Part shown: in pieces, positions 26,535 to 35,904 of the stretch
Position numbering within the stretch: the stretch's first letter is position 1
Layout of the letters: each line of letters opens with the position of its first letter
Origin: Flammeovirgaceae bacterium
GTDB lineage: Bacteria; Bacteroidota; Bacteroidia; Cytophagales; Cyclobacteriaceae
Assembly: GCA_020635915.1 (NCBI GenBank)
Contig: JACJYU010000002.1
Location: 477,608-541,607, forward strand
DNA: 64,000 nt
Reading direction: 5' to 3'
Translations under genes and position numbers: made by a program
Notes under the pieces: model-generated
The model's input: the letters and a program-made list of their open reading frames with translations, nothing else
Told to the model about the DNA's origin: nothing
Databases searched by the model: none

Positions 26535-28078
26535 GAGGTTTTGTTATCCTCCAAAAATTCCATCCATTCGTCCAACTGTCCCTTTTTGAGCACCCTGGGG
26601 AATTTATGCTGCCCACCGGCTTTCCCCTTCGACCCCATCCATTGGTAAAATGTTTCAACCGGCAAAATGTCCACCTTGATTTCTTTGAGGGCGGCACTTC
26701 GTTCAACGGCATAGTCGTCATTCAGTTCTTTCAACCGGGCGTCCAATTTATCGCGCAGGGCCATGGCATCCACTTCGTCATTGGTGCCAATAAACCAATG
26801 GTGGGCAAAAAGGGTACCGTGTGGGACCCCGGCCACCGTAAACTCCTTAATGTTGATGTTCATCTCATCGGAAACCAGCCCAATGGCCTTGTTCATATTG
26901 TCCACGGAAAGGTGCTCGCCACACAAGCTCAGGAAATGCTTGGTACGGCCCGTGATAATGATTTCCGATTCTTCCACGGAAGTGAAACGGACCACATCGC
27001 CAATCAGGTAGCGCCAGGCACCGGAACAAGTCGACAACAGCAACGCATATTCCTTGCCTTCCTCCACCTGATCGATGTAAACGGACTCCGCGTCATCCCT
27101 GACTTCCCCGGACGGGTTGAAATTTTTGTCGTCAAAAGGGACGAATTCATAAAAGATGCCATTGTTGAGCACGAGCTTCATCGACTTTTTATCGGGAAAG
27201 GCCTGGTAGGCAATAAACCCTTCGGAGGCCAGGTAGGTTTCTATGTAATGTACGGGCCGGCCCAGCAATTTTGCAAAACCTTTTTTATAAGGGTCGAAAG
27301 AAACCCCGCCATGCACGTAAACGCAAAGGTTGGGCCAAACCTCGTGTATATGGGCCACCTGGTAGTGGGCTATTATTTTCTCCAACAGGATTTGGATCCA
27401 GGCGGGCACGCCAACGATTATCCCTATGTCCCATTTTTTGGCGTTTTTTACGATGTCCTCCAGCTTGGCGTCCCAACTCCTGGTCTTGGCAATCTTTTTC
27501 CCGGGCTTATAAAAATGCTGGAACCAAAAGGGAAGCCTGGCGGCCTGTATCCCACTGAGGTCCCCTTCAAAGTAATTGCCCTTGCGGTTGAGGTGGGTGC
27601 TTCCCCCCAGCATTAAAATACCGGCACCGTAAAATTCCGAGGGCAATCCATACTTCGACAAAGTCAATATTTGGCGGATGCTTGTCTTCTGAATGGCCTT
27701 GGTCATCTCCTTGGTAACGGGGATGTGCTTGGAAGAAGACTCGGAGGTGCCGGAGCTGAGGGCAAAATACTTTATCCTTCCCGGCCAGCTGATGTTCCTG
27801 GCCCCTTTAAGGGACAGGTGCCACCAGTCGTTGTAAATTTTATTGTAATCGTGGATGGGCACCACCGACCGGAACGAATCGTAGAATTCATTGTCCTCCT
27901 TTCTAAAGTGCTTGAGAATATCGGGGAACCCATAATACCGTCCAAACTCCGTTTGGCTGGCCGTTATCAGAAGGTGCTTCAATTCCTGCTTTTGCAGTTC
28001 GGCCGGGGAGGAGAATTCCTGCTCCAGGTTTTCACGAAGTTTTATGCCTTTTTTTAGCAACGTGCCTAATATCGCCAT
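26531..28078 (-). CDS. GH3-family acyl-acid amido synthetase-like protein
   Basis: 515 aa. YFALSSGTSESSSKHIP (adenylation P-loop-like SSGTS), a YLASEGF motif, and overall length typical of bacterial GH3 proteins. Confidence 0.8.
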   Translation of the reverse strand: MAILGTLLKKGIKLRENLEQEFSSPAELQKQELKHLLITASQTEFGRYYGFPDILKHFRKEDNEFYDSFRSVVPIHDYNKIYNDWWHLSLKGARNISWPGRIKYFALSSGTSESSSKHIPVTKEMTKAIQKTSIRQILTLSKYGLPSEFYGAGILMLGGSTHLNRKGNYFEGDLSGIQAARLPFWFQHFYKPGKKIAKTRSWDAKLEDIVKNAKKWDIGIIVGVPAWIQILLEKIIAHYQVAHIHEVWPNLCVYVHGGVSFDPYKKGFAKLLGRPVHYIETYLASEGFIAYQAFPDKKSMKLVLNNGIFYEFVPFDDKNFNPSGEVRDDAESVYIDQVEEGKEYALLLSTCSGAWRYLIGDVVRFTSVEESEIIITGRTKHFLSLCGEHLSVDNMNKAIGLVSDEMNINIKEFTVAGVPHGTLFAHHWFIGTNDEVDAMALRDKLDARLKELNDDYAVERSAALKEIKVDILPVETFYQWMGSKGKAGGQHKFPRVLKKGQLDEWMEFLEDNKTS

Positions 28079-28133
28079 ATTATTGCATTCGGGTTTTGTT
28101 TGGCCTCGGCTGGGCGAACACCAAAGTTAAAAA

Positions 28134-28799
28134 ATGAGCATTAAAAACAACATAAACTTACTGCAGCGGGAGCTTGATGGGAAAAAATGCAAGCTGATTG
28201 CCGTAAGCAAGACCCAGCCTGTCGAAAAGATCATGGAGGCCTACCATGCCGGCCACCGTGCCTTTGGGGAAAATAAGGCCAGGGAATTGGAGCGAAAGTG
28301 GAACGAACTCCCTAAAGATATCGAGTGGCACATGATTGGCCACCTTCAAACCAATAAGGTAAAGTACATTGCCCCCTTTGTGTCGTTGATCCATTCGGTT
28401 GACAGCCAGAAGCTGGTGGAAGAAATCAACAAACAAGGCAACAAGGCCAACCGTGTGGTCCCCTGCCTGCTGCAGGTCCACATTGCCAGCGAGGACAGCA
28501 AGTTTGGGCTTAAATATGATGGGCTGCTAGGCCTGTTGGAAACGGTGAACAATTTTCCGTTTGTGAAAGTCACCGGCCTCATGGGCATGGCCACGCTCAC
28601 CGATGACGAGTCGGTCATACGAAATGAATTTGCCCTGCTGAAGCAATATTTTGATGATTTGAAGGGAAAAAAATTCAGCAAGAACATTGAAATGAAAGAC
28701 CTTTCCATGGGCATGAGTGCCGACTACCCCATTGCGGTAGGGCTGGGCAGCACCTTGGTGCGGATCGGAACGGCCATATTTGGCGAAAGATCGAAATGA
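28134..28799 (+). CDS. yggS: YggS-family PLP homeostasis protein
   Basis: 221 aa. LIAVSKTQP (PLP lysine), HMIGHLQTNKVKY, LSMGMSADY. Confidence 0.9.
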   Translation: MSIKNNINLLQRELDGKKCKLIAVSKTQPVEKIMEAYHAGHRAFGENKARELERKWNELPKDIEWHMIGHLQTNKVKYIAPFVSLIHSVDSQKLVEEINKQGNKANRVVPCLLQVHIASEDSKFGLKYDGLLGLLETVNNFPFVKVTGLMGMATLTDDESVIRNEFALLKQYFDDLKGKKFSKNIEMKDLSMGMSADYPIAVGLGSTLVRIGTAIFGERSK

Positions 28800-29173
28800 T
28801 GGGCCTACAGAAAAAATTAATCATGCTGGGCGCGCTAATGGGAGGGTTTTCCGTAGCCTTTGGCGCCTTTGGCGCCCACGCCCTGAAAGGCATCCTTCTG
28901 GCACATGGGAGGGCCGGTACGTACGAACTGGCTGTGACCTACCAGTTCTACCATGCCCTTGCCTTGTTGGCCTTGGCGGCCCTGGCCGATAAACTAAATG
29001 CCCAAAAGGCCTCCTGGTCGGCCTTGGCCTTTGTTTCCGGCACGCTGGTGTTCAGCGGAAGCTTGTACATTTTGTCCCTCAGCGGAAATACCCTTTGGGG
29101 GGCGGTCACCCCTGTGGGAGGCGTGCTGCTGTTGACAGGCTGGTTGTTCTTCCTGCTCAGCGCAAGGAAGTAG
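28796..29173 (+). CDS. DUF423 membrane protein
   Basis: 125 aa, four TM helices, FGAFGAHAL and YQFYHALALL motifs. ATGA overlap with yggS. Confidence 0.8.
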   Translation: MMGLQKKLIMLGALMGGFSVAFGAFGAHALKGILLAHGRAGTYELAVTYQFYHALALLALAALADKLNAQKASWSALAFVSGTLVFSGSLYILSLSGNTLWGAVTPVGGVLLLTGWLFFLLSARK

Positions 29174-29175
29174 CC

Positions 29176-29580
29176 CTACTTTTTGGGGAGCACGTTGGCC
29201 GTGAACACGACCTGGTTTTGTGGGGACACGGCATTTGAAACCACCTTCACCACTTTGTTTTGACGGCCATACTTCCCCACGCTGTTGAAGGCTATGGTAA
29301 GCTCCCCATGGCCCCCGGGAGGGATGGGGTCCCGTGGCCATCCTTTTGGGGTGGTGCACCCACAGGTCACTTCCACGTTGGTAATGATCAACGGGGCCGT
29401 GCCCGCATTGATAAATTTAAAGGTGGTTTCCACCCTCTCCCCCTGTTCCAGGTCCCCAAAGTCGTAGTTGGCGTTTTCCCATTGGATCACCGGCCCTGTG
29501 GGCGGGGCAGGCGGCTGGTCCTGCGCCAGGCCGGCCGAGAAAACCAAAATGGAAAAGAAAAGGGCAATTAAGTGCTTCAT
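29176..29580 (-). CDS. DUF1573 secreted protein
   Basis: MKHLIALFFSILVFSAGLAQ signal peptide, then FKFINAGTAPLIITNVEVTCGCTTP, the DUF1573 hallmark. The start was trimmed from 29745 to the ATG at 29580. Confidence 0.85.
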   Translation of the reverse strand: MKHLIALFFSILVFSAGLAQDQPPAPPTGPVIQWENANYDFGDLEQGERVETTFKFINAGTAPLIITNVEVTCGCTTPKGWPRDPIPPGGHGELTIAFNSVGKYGRQNKVVKVVSNAVSPQNQVVFTANVLPKK

Positions 29581-29595
29581 AAATGTGATTTTTGT

Positions 29596-29626
29596 CAAAA
29601 TTAGGGATTCAATAGGCAACCGCAAA
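29596..29626 (-). promoter_or_regulatory. Consensus Bacteroidota promoter (TTTG-N19-TAATTTTG) for the DUF1573 gene
   Basis: The minus strand reads cttgTTTGcggttgcctattgaatcccTAATTTTGacaaaaatcacatttATG. Both boxes are exact, the spacer is 19 nt, and the ATG is 15 nt after the -7 box. Confidence 0.6.
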
Positions 29627-29668
29627 CAAGTCAAACAACGAATAATACTGTGAATTTGTGCCCCAACT

Positions 29669-30145
29669 ATGCCAAAATCTTTACATGAAATATACGGGAA
29701 CAGGGTAAGGGTAAGGGCATGCGGGGTTTGTGTCGTGGAAAACAAAATCCTGATGGTGAACCATAGCGGACTGACGGACGGGGATTTTTGGGCACCGCCT
29801 GGCGGGGGACTTGGGATGCATGAGACCGCTCACCAGGCCGTGGAGCGGGAATTTTTGGAAGAAACAAACCTCAAAGTAAAACCCGGGGACCTGTTGTTTG
29901 TCACCGAATATTACAAGGCGCCCCTCCACGCCATAGAGTTGTTTTTCAACGTGGCCCTGGTGGAAGGCACCCTGAAAAAAGGCCTGGACCCGGAAATGAA
30001 ACCTGCGGCCCAGGCCATTGTGGACGTGCGTTTTTTATCCTGGGGGGAAATCGCAGGGATGGATGGGCGCCACCTTCACGGGGCGTTCAAATTCGTCAGT
30101 GAACCGGCCAAAATCCTTGATTTAAGGGGCTATATTAAATTATGA
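29669..30145 (+). CDS. NUDIX hydrolase
   Basis: Nudix box GGGLGMHETAHQAVEREFLEETNL (GX5EX7REUXEEXGU). Confidence 0.85.
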   Translation: MPKSLHEIYGNRVRVRACGVCVVENKILMVNHSGLTDGDFWAPPGGGLGMHETAHQAVEREFLEETNLKVKPGDLLFVTEYYKAPLHAIELFFNVALVEGTLKKGLDPEMKPAAQAIVDVRFLSWGEIAGMDGRHLHGAFKFVSEPAKILDLRGYIKL

Positions 30146-30201
30146 TTGGTTGTGTGAAAAGGGTGAAAATAATTATAATTGCAAGCTTAAACCTATGAAA
30201 A

Positions 30202-31011
30202 ATGAACCTTACTAAGATCCTGACCTTCGTTCTCTTTGGAATCAGCATTTACCTGGGCTACTACCTGTATAGTGGCGTCCAAAAAACGGTAGATGACCGT
30301 AAAATGATCGAAAAGAAAGAAGCGGCCGTTATTGAAAAGCTCAAGTTGATACGGGAGGCGGAAAAAGCATTTCAAGAGGTGAACGGGAGGTATACTTCCA
30401 ACTGGGACTCTCTGCTGGATTTCGTGAAACACGGCCAGGTGGCCATTGTGGAGCGCAGGGAAGAGTTGATCCAAAAGGAATACGGTGGCGAGGACGTGAT
30501 CGTGCACATCGATACCCTTGGGTTTACTGCCGCCAAGGAACGGATTTTCAAGCAGACGTTCAACGTGACCGCTGCCGACAATGGCACGTTCATGGGCTAC
30601 AAGGTGAAAGTAGGTGACCGCGCAGTGAAAAACCAACGGGGGTACGCCTTGAAGGTGGGCGACAAAACCACTGAGCCTCCATTCATTGAAAACGGGTTTA
30701 TTAGCTCCCTTACCCCGCTAAACGTGGGCGACAAGGTAAACAAGGGCCAAATCCTAATGACCATCTGGGACTACAAGTTCAACCCCAATGTGGACCTGGA
30801 GCGCATCGCCTATAAACCCGGGACAGACACCAAGTTTGACATCTTCGTGGGCAAAGTTGACCGCGGGGGGATAATGGTGGATGTGATCGAGGTAAAAGAC
30901 CCATCACCGGATAGTCCTTTCAGGAGTGAGGCCAACGAAGCGAAAAACCGCAAGCCGCTGCGCTTTGGTTCCCGTACTGACGTATCTACATCCGGAAACT
31001 GGGAATCTTAA
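30202..31011 (+). CDS. N-terminally membrane-anchored protein of unknown function
   Basis: 269 aa. One N-terminal TM (ILTFVLFGISIYLGYYLY), a short coiled segment, then a beta-rich domain. No family was recognised with confidence. Confidence 0.6.
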   Translation: MNLTKILTFVLFGISIYLGYYLYSGVQKTVDDRKMIEKKEAAVIEKLKLIREAEKAFQEVNGRYTSNWDSLLDFVKHGQVAIVERREELIQKEYGGEDVIVHIDTLGFTAAKERIFKQTFNVTAADNGTFMGYKVKVGDRAVKNQRGYALKVGDKTTEPPFIENGFISSLTPLNVGDKVNKGQILMTIWDYKFNPNVDLERIAYKPGTDTKFDIFVGKVDRGGIMVDVIEVKDPSPDSPFRSEANEAKNRKPLRFGSRTDVSTSGNWES

Positions 31012-31017
31012 TATACT

Positions 31018-31905
31018 TTGGCAGCTGCCGCCCAGAGCTATAAGCTGATCAGGAAAATCAAAGATGAAAAATTTGATGTAGACCATCTGCATCAATATGT
31101 TTTGCTTGTTCACCTGGGTGTGCGCGACCTACAAATAGGGGTTGTTGACGCCCAGGAACGGCTTGTCCTTTTTGAAGATTACATTTTTCAAAACCTAAAC
31201 TCCAGTGAAGGGCTGCTGGCATTGCTCAAAGAATTGTTTGAGGCACACCACCTGCTTACGGCCGGTTTTTGGAAAAAGGTTAAGTTCTCCATCAAAAACA
31301 ACAAATTGGTGCAGGTGCCACAGGCACTGTTCGTGGAGGATGCCGCACCCGAGTACCTAAGGCTAAACGCAAAATTGAACCCCGAAAAAGAGATGGTGCT
31401 GCATTGCGAAAATGTAAAAAACAATATCATCACCGTATTTGCCTTGCATAAAGACATCCATCAATGGATAGGTGGGCTTTATGTCAATTCACAGGTAAAC
31501 TTTGTCCACCAGTCGGCAAGCCTGATAGAAGGTGTGCTCAATGAGCCCATTGCAGGCACAAAGCCCCCCCTCTTTGTTTACATCGACCGTTTCAAGCTGC
31601 ATATTTTGGTCGTGAAGGAAGGCCGCCTGGTGTACTACAACCAGTTTGTCATTCAGCAATTTTCCGATTATGTCAAATACATCATGCTGGTGCTGAACGC
31701 CATGCAGATGGGCCAGCAGGACAGCAAAATCGTTCTGTGGGGGTACATTGGAAAAAACTCCCCACATGCCATTGAATTCTCCAAGTATATCAAAAACGTG
31801 TCTTTTGGCGGACGGCCAAAGCACCTAAAGTTCGGCTATCTGTTCGATGAAGTGCAGGATCACCACTTTTACGATTTGTACGCCCTGCACCTCCTGTGCA
31901 ACTGA
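31018..31905 (+). CDS. DUF3822-like protein
   Basis: 295 aa. The layout matches my recollection of DUF3822: YVLLVHLGVRDLQIGVVD.., VQVPQALFVED..EYLRLN, FSDYVKYIMLVLNAMQM.., YIKNVSF. TTG start 6 nt after the previous stop. Confidence 0.6.
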   Translation: MAAAAQSYKLIRKIKDEKFDVDHLHQYVLLVHLGVRDLQIGVVDAQERLVLFEDYIFQNLNSSEGLLALLKELFEAHHLLTAGFWKKVKFSIKNNKLVQVPQALFVEDAAPEYLRLNAKLNPEKEMVLHCENVKNNIITVFALHKDIHQWIGGLYVNSQVNFVHQSASLIEGVLNEPIAGTKPPLFVYIDRFKLHILVVKEGRLVYYNQFVIQQFSDYVKYIMLVLNAMQMGQQDSKIVLWGYIGKNSPHAIEFSKYIKNVSFGGRPKHLKFGYLFDEVQDHHFYDLYALHLLCN

Positions 31906-32049
31906 CAAATGGTAATGGGTTATTTTGCTATCTTTAGCCGGGCGTCAAACGGTTTCTAAATGAAATTGCCATGAAAATGACATAGTGCCCAACGGCATGG
32001 TATTAACTGGCGGTTCCCAAATTGCCACTTAAAAATCGATTATCAACAG

Positions 32050-32505
32050 ATGAAAAGGATAGCCATTTTTCCCGGTTCTTTTGACCCCTTCACCAAAGGG
32101 CACGAAGACATTGTGCTCAGGGGGCTCAAATTATTTGATGAAATCATCGTGGGGATAGGGTACAACAGCACAAAAAGCAAGCGCTATTTCGAGATCGGGC
32201 TGATGGTAAAAAAAATAGAAGAAACCTTTGCCGGCCACCCCAATATAAAGGTGCTCACCTTTGCCGAGCTCACCGCGGCCTTTGCAAAAAAGCACCATGC
32301 CAATTATTTGCTCCGCGGCCTGCGGAACACCACGGACTTTGAATACGAAAACAGCATTTCGCAGGTAAACCGCCACCTCAACGCTGACCTTGAATCCGTT
32401 TTCCTGATCACCACCCCGCAGTTTGCGGCCATCAGTTCCTCCATCATTAGGGAAGTGCACCGCTACAAAGGGGATGTATCGGCATTCCTCCCCTACTCCC
32501 TTTAG
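32050..32505 (+). CDS. coaD: Phosphopantetheine adenylyltransferase
   Basis: 151 aa. FPGSFDPFTKGHEDIV (T/HxGH nucleotidyltransferase motif), RGLRNTTDFEYE, ISSSIIRE. Confidence 0.93.
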   Translation: MKRIAIFPGSFDPFTKGHEDIVLRGLKLFDEIIVGIGYNSTKSKRYFEIGLMVKKIEETFAGHPNIKVLTFAELTAAFAKKHHANYLLRGLRNTTDFEYENSISQVNRHLNADLESVFLITTPQFAAISSSIIREVHRYKGDVSAFLPYSL

Positions 32506-33194
32506 TGCCCCAGGTCCAACTTCAGGCCTTCTGTTTTTTTGTAGTATTCTTCAAACACAAAGCGAATGGACTTATAGGAGTTTTGAAGGGCATGGTACAC
32601 CTCCTTCTGTGTCATCCAACGCAACTCTTCAATGTCTTCTTCCAGGCAAGGCTTCATATGTCCATCGTCCACGGCATTCATCATGTACCATTTCGTGTGC
32701 TTGATCATGTTTTTTTTGTTCATGGTATAGGTGTGCCAGGTGGTGCATATTCCCTCGCCTAATTTTACCTTGATGTTGCTCTCTTCTTCCACTTCCCTGA
32801 CGGCCGTCTCGCGGCTACGCTCGCCTTTTTCCCTCTTGCCTTTGGGAAGGTCCCATTTTTTCATCCGGTAGATCATCAAAAGCTTGTCCTTCTTGCGCAC
32901 CACGCCCCCTGCTGCCTTCACCAGTTTGAATTGCTTTTTGATGAAATCCTTTACTTCCTTATAATGGTCGGTGGTAAGGTCCAGGGACAATAGGTTGGTG
33001 GGGACTTTGGAGTGAAGGAGTTCCAGAATGGTTTTCATGTCCTTTACCTCTACATTTTTTATCCAAACATGGTGTATAAGCCCCGCCTTGGTGATGTCCC
33101 CACATGTGGCGTCAATGGTATAATTGTAACTTCCCACCCCTGGGTGCCCCGACTTTCTAAGCGTAACGGGCGTGTCGTTGACAAATAGGTTCAT
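32502..33194 (-). CDS. NUDIX-domain protein with an N-terminal extra domain
   Basis: 230 aa. Nudix box PKGKREKGERSRETAVREVEEESNI in the C-terminal half. The ~90-aa N-terminal domain was not recognised. Confidence 0.75.
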   Translation of the reverse strand: MNLFVNDTPVTLRKSGHPGVGSYNYTIDATCGDITKAGLIHHVWIKNVEVKDMKTILELLHSKVPTNLLSLDLTTDHYKEVKDFIKKQFKLVKAAGGVVRKKDKLLMIYRMKKWDLPKGKREKGERSRETAVREVEEESNIKVKLGEGICTTWHTYTMNKKNMIKHTKWYMMNAVDDGHMKPCLEEDIEELRWMTQKEVYHALQNSYKSIRFVFEEYYKKTEGLKLDLGH

Positions 33195-33253
33195 AAAAGG
33201 ACTAGGATGCTACCACAAGTGCAAAAACATAAATAAAAAGCAATGTGTCAAAC

Positions 33254-33284
33254 ATTGGGGCCACGATTGGCCAATTTATTTTTG
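33254..33284 (+). promoter_or_regulatory. Candidate promoter (ATTG-N19-TATTTTTG) upstream of pyrE
   Basis: TTG at 33255-33257 and TATTTTTG at 33277-33284. This would give a ~105-nt leader before the pyrE ATG at 33399. Confidence 0.35.
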
Positions 33285-33398
33285 AAAAAGCCGCCTTGCC
33301 CAATAATACCCCGCCCATTTTTGCAGTAGGCAGGCTTTCGTAATAAATTGCCAGGTGAAAAAACGCCCTTGTTTGGCAACAACCCCCATAACAAAAAT

Positions 33399-34046
33399 AT
33401 GAAGCCCATTACCACCAATCCGTCCACCGCCACCTCCGTTGCGGGGAAGTTGCTCGAAATTGAAGCCATAAAGCTCAATTATAAAAGCCCGTTTACCTGG
33501 AGTTCGGGGTGGAAATCCCCCATTTATTGCGACAATCGGCTTTCCCTCTCCTACCCCGAAATCCGTACCTACATCAAGGAAGCCCTGGCCGCGACCATAC
33601 AAGGCCACTTTGGCAAGGCCGACTACGTGGCAGGGGTGGCCACGGCAGGGATAGCACAGGGCGCCCTGGTGGCCGACAAGCTGGGGTTGCCCTATGTGTA
33701 CGTGCGCCCAAAGCCGAAGGAGCATGGCATGGGAAACCAAATAGAGGGCAGGATTGAAAAGGGGAAGAAAGTGGTATTGGTGGAGGACCTTATCTCTACG
33801 GGGGGAAGTTCGCTAAAGGCGGCCAAAGCCCTACAGGAGGCTGGCTGCAAAGTAATAGGCATGGTGGCCATTTTTACTTACGGGTTTGAAGTAGCGGAAA
33901 ACAACTTTATCCAGGCAAAAATCCCTTTGGTGTGCCTTAGCGATTTCAAGGCCTTGTTACATGCGGCCGTTCAGCAGAAGTACATTGGCGAAGACGACCT
34001 CATCCATGTGAAATCATGGCGGCTGGACCCAGCCCATTGGAAGTGA
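33399..34046 (+). CDS. pyrE: Orotate phosphoribosyltransferase
   Basis: KLLEIEAIKLNYKSPFTWSSGWKSPIYCDNR and the PRPP-binding loop VVLVEDLISTGGS. The start was trimmed from the TTG at 33348 to the ATG at 33399. Confidence 0.92.
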   Translation: MKPITTNPSTATSVAGKLLEIEAIKLNYKSPFTWSSGWKSPIYCDNRLSLSYPEIRTYIKEALAATIQGHFGKADYVAGVATAGIAQGALVADKLGLPYVYVRPKPKEHGMGNQIEGRIEKGKKVVLVEDLISTGGSSLKAAKALQEAGCKVIGMVAIFTYGFEVAENNFIQAKIPLVCLSDFKALLHAAVQQKYIGEDDLIHVKSWRLDPAHWK

Positions 34047-34817
34047 TGCCAGGCGGCCCTCCACCCCCAGCCCAAATAGCGCAAAATCATATTTTACGGG
34101 GTCGAAGGGGTCAAACCGTTTAAGGGCCGAGGTCAACTCCAAGGCGGTACGCCAATCCAATGGCTTGCGGGCTATTAACCCCAGTTTCCTGGCCACCCGC
34201 TCCACGTGTATATCGCAAGGGCACACGAGCTGGGATGGGGCAATTGTGCCCCAAAGGCCAAAGTCCACCCCTTGCCCGTCATTCCTGACCATCCACCTGA
34301 GGAACATATTGAGGCGCTTGCAGGCCGATTTCCTGGCCGGGGTGGCCACATGTTTTCGCGTCCTGGGGGGGCTGTCTTCAAGGCCAAAGAACAGTTTGTG
34401 AAAATGGACAAGGGCAGGCCCCACGTCCGGATCGCCCTTGCCCAAGGGAAATGCCGACTCCAATGAAACATGCCGCTGGTAGTGGCCCCTTAAAAACCGT
34501 ATGAAATAGAGGCAGTCCGTGGCGTTGAATGTCCGGTGTTTGAATTGTTCAAAAACCTTTAGGTCGCGCAGCCTGTGGTTTATGATAAAATCGTGAGGGG
34601 CATTGTCCATTAAGGCAAACAGTTCCCGGCCCTTTTTCACAATGGTGCCCCTTTGCCCCCAGGCGAGGGTGGCGGCAAAAAAACCGGCAATTTCAATATC
34701 CTGCTTCTTTGAATAGGTGTGCGGAATGGAAACCGGATCGTCTGCTACGAAGCCGGGCTGGTTGTATATGGCCACCTTTTCGTCCAAAAAGGACTTCAAC
34801 TCCTCCCCGTTCACCAA
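34014..34817 (-). CDS. TIGR02757/DUF2400-family protein
   Basis: 267 aa. FFAATLAWGQR, CPCDIHV and VKYDFALFGLG resemble the TIGR02757 family as I recall it. The 3' end overlaps the pyrE 3' end by 33 nt. Confidence 0.7.
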   Translation of the reverse strand: MVNGEELKSFLDEKVAIYNQPGFVADDPVSIPHTYSKKQDIEIAGFFAATLAWGQRGTIVKKGRELFALMDNAPHDFIINHRLRDLKVFEQFKHRTFNATDCLYFIRFLRGHYQRHVSLESAFPLGKGDPDVGPALVHFHKLFFGLEDSPPRTRKHVATPARKSACKRLNMFLRWMVRNDGQGVDFGLWGTIAPSQLVCPCDIHVERVARKLGLIARKPLDWRTALELTSALKRFDPFDPVKYDFALFGLGVEGRLASLPMGWVQPP

Positions 34818-34819
34818 AA

Positions 34820-35806
34820 TTATTTGTAATAGGTCACCTCTGCCCTGAATTTGGTGTCTATGCCCCCCAACCGGTCGAATGCGGACTTGGAAATTTTAAT
34901 GATGATATTATCGTTTACGCTGGTTGGGGGAAAAGGGCCCACCACGCGCACAAAGACCTCGCGGTTGTTCAGTTCGTTCCTCACCTTAAGGATGGTGCCC
35001 GGCTTGGCACTGCGGTGCAACGCGAGGTATTTCCTATCGCCACCCGTGCCTTCGATCAGTTCTGCCAGGCCGTGCTCTTTCACCTCATCCGTTCCGGCCA
35101 CGTTTTCGGATATTTTTACCACCGTTTCCCGGGGTGGGGCCACCGGGACCTGTTCCACAGGCCTTTGGGTGCTGTCGGTTAGGGGCATGTCAGGTGGCTT
35201 TATGCCCGGGGCTGCCACGCGTAGCAATTGCCCTGCCTCCAGGTTGCTGCCTTCGAGGTTGTTCCACTCCTTTAACTGCTGGATGGTGACGCCATACTGG
35301 CGGGCGATGGCATAAAGCGTCTCCTGTGGCGCCACGTTGTGGTAACCAACCACCGTGGTGCCCCTCACCTCGGGCTGCACCGCGGGCGTGCCCGTGCTTT
35401 TCACCAACAACCGCTGCCCCACCGACAAAGCATTGGAAGTAAGGTTGTTCATCGACTTCAGGTCTTCCACCGCCAGGTTATAAAGCCTGGAGATGGAGAA
35501 AAGGGTCTCCCCTGCGGCCACCGTATGGTAATCCTTCCCGGGAGCGGCCACGGCCGCACGGGGCACATAAGGGACTTTTAAGATTTGCCCCACGCTCAGG
35601 CCGGCATCGGCCTCTTTGTTGTATTCCAAAATCTGGGCAATGGTGGCGCCATACCTTCGGGAAATACCGTACAAGGTCTCCTGCTCATCAACCTGATGGA
35701 TGACGAAGGTCTTCCCGTTAATGGTTTCCAGGCGCAGGGAGTCGGATGGGGCATAACGATCGGGGGCCGTCCACAAATGGGCAACCAAAAAAATTAACTT
35801 TATCAT
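34820..35806 (-). CDS. LysM-repeat peptidoglycan-binding protein with a C-terminal RlpA/DPBB-like domain
   Basis: Three LysM units (HQVDEQETLYGISRRYG.., HTVAAGETLFSISRLYN.., HNVAPQETLYAIARQYG..). The C-terminal segment is ALHRSAKPGTILKVRNELNNREVFVRVVG. Confidence 0.85.
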   Translation of the reverse strand: MIKLIFLVAHLWTAPDRYAPSDSLRLETINGKTFVIHQVDEQETLYGISRRYGATIAQILEYNKEADAGLSVGQILKVPYVPRAAVAAPGKDYHTVAAGETLFSISRLYNLAVEDLKSMNNLTSNALSVGQRLLVKSTGTPAVQPEVRGTTVVGYHNVAPQETLYAIARQYGVTIQQLKEWNNLEGSNLEAGQLLRVAAPGIKPPDMPLTDSTQRPVEQVPVAPPRETVVKISENVAGTDEVKEHGLAELIEGTGGDRKYLALHRSAKPGTILKVRNELNNREVFVRVVGPFPPTSVNDNIIIKISKSAFDRLGGIDTKFRAEVTYYK

Positions 35807-35904
35807 AGTTTATACCAGTTGAAAAAACACCAATTCTGCATTTCCCCTAACAAATTCATGCCAGTTTTGAGTTAACTTTATGCAAGTTAATCAGCTTAGT
35901 AACG

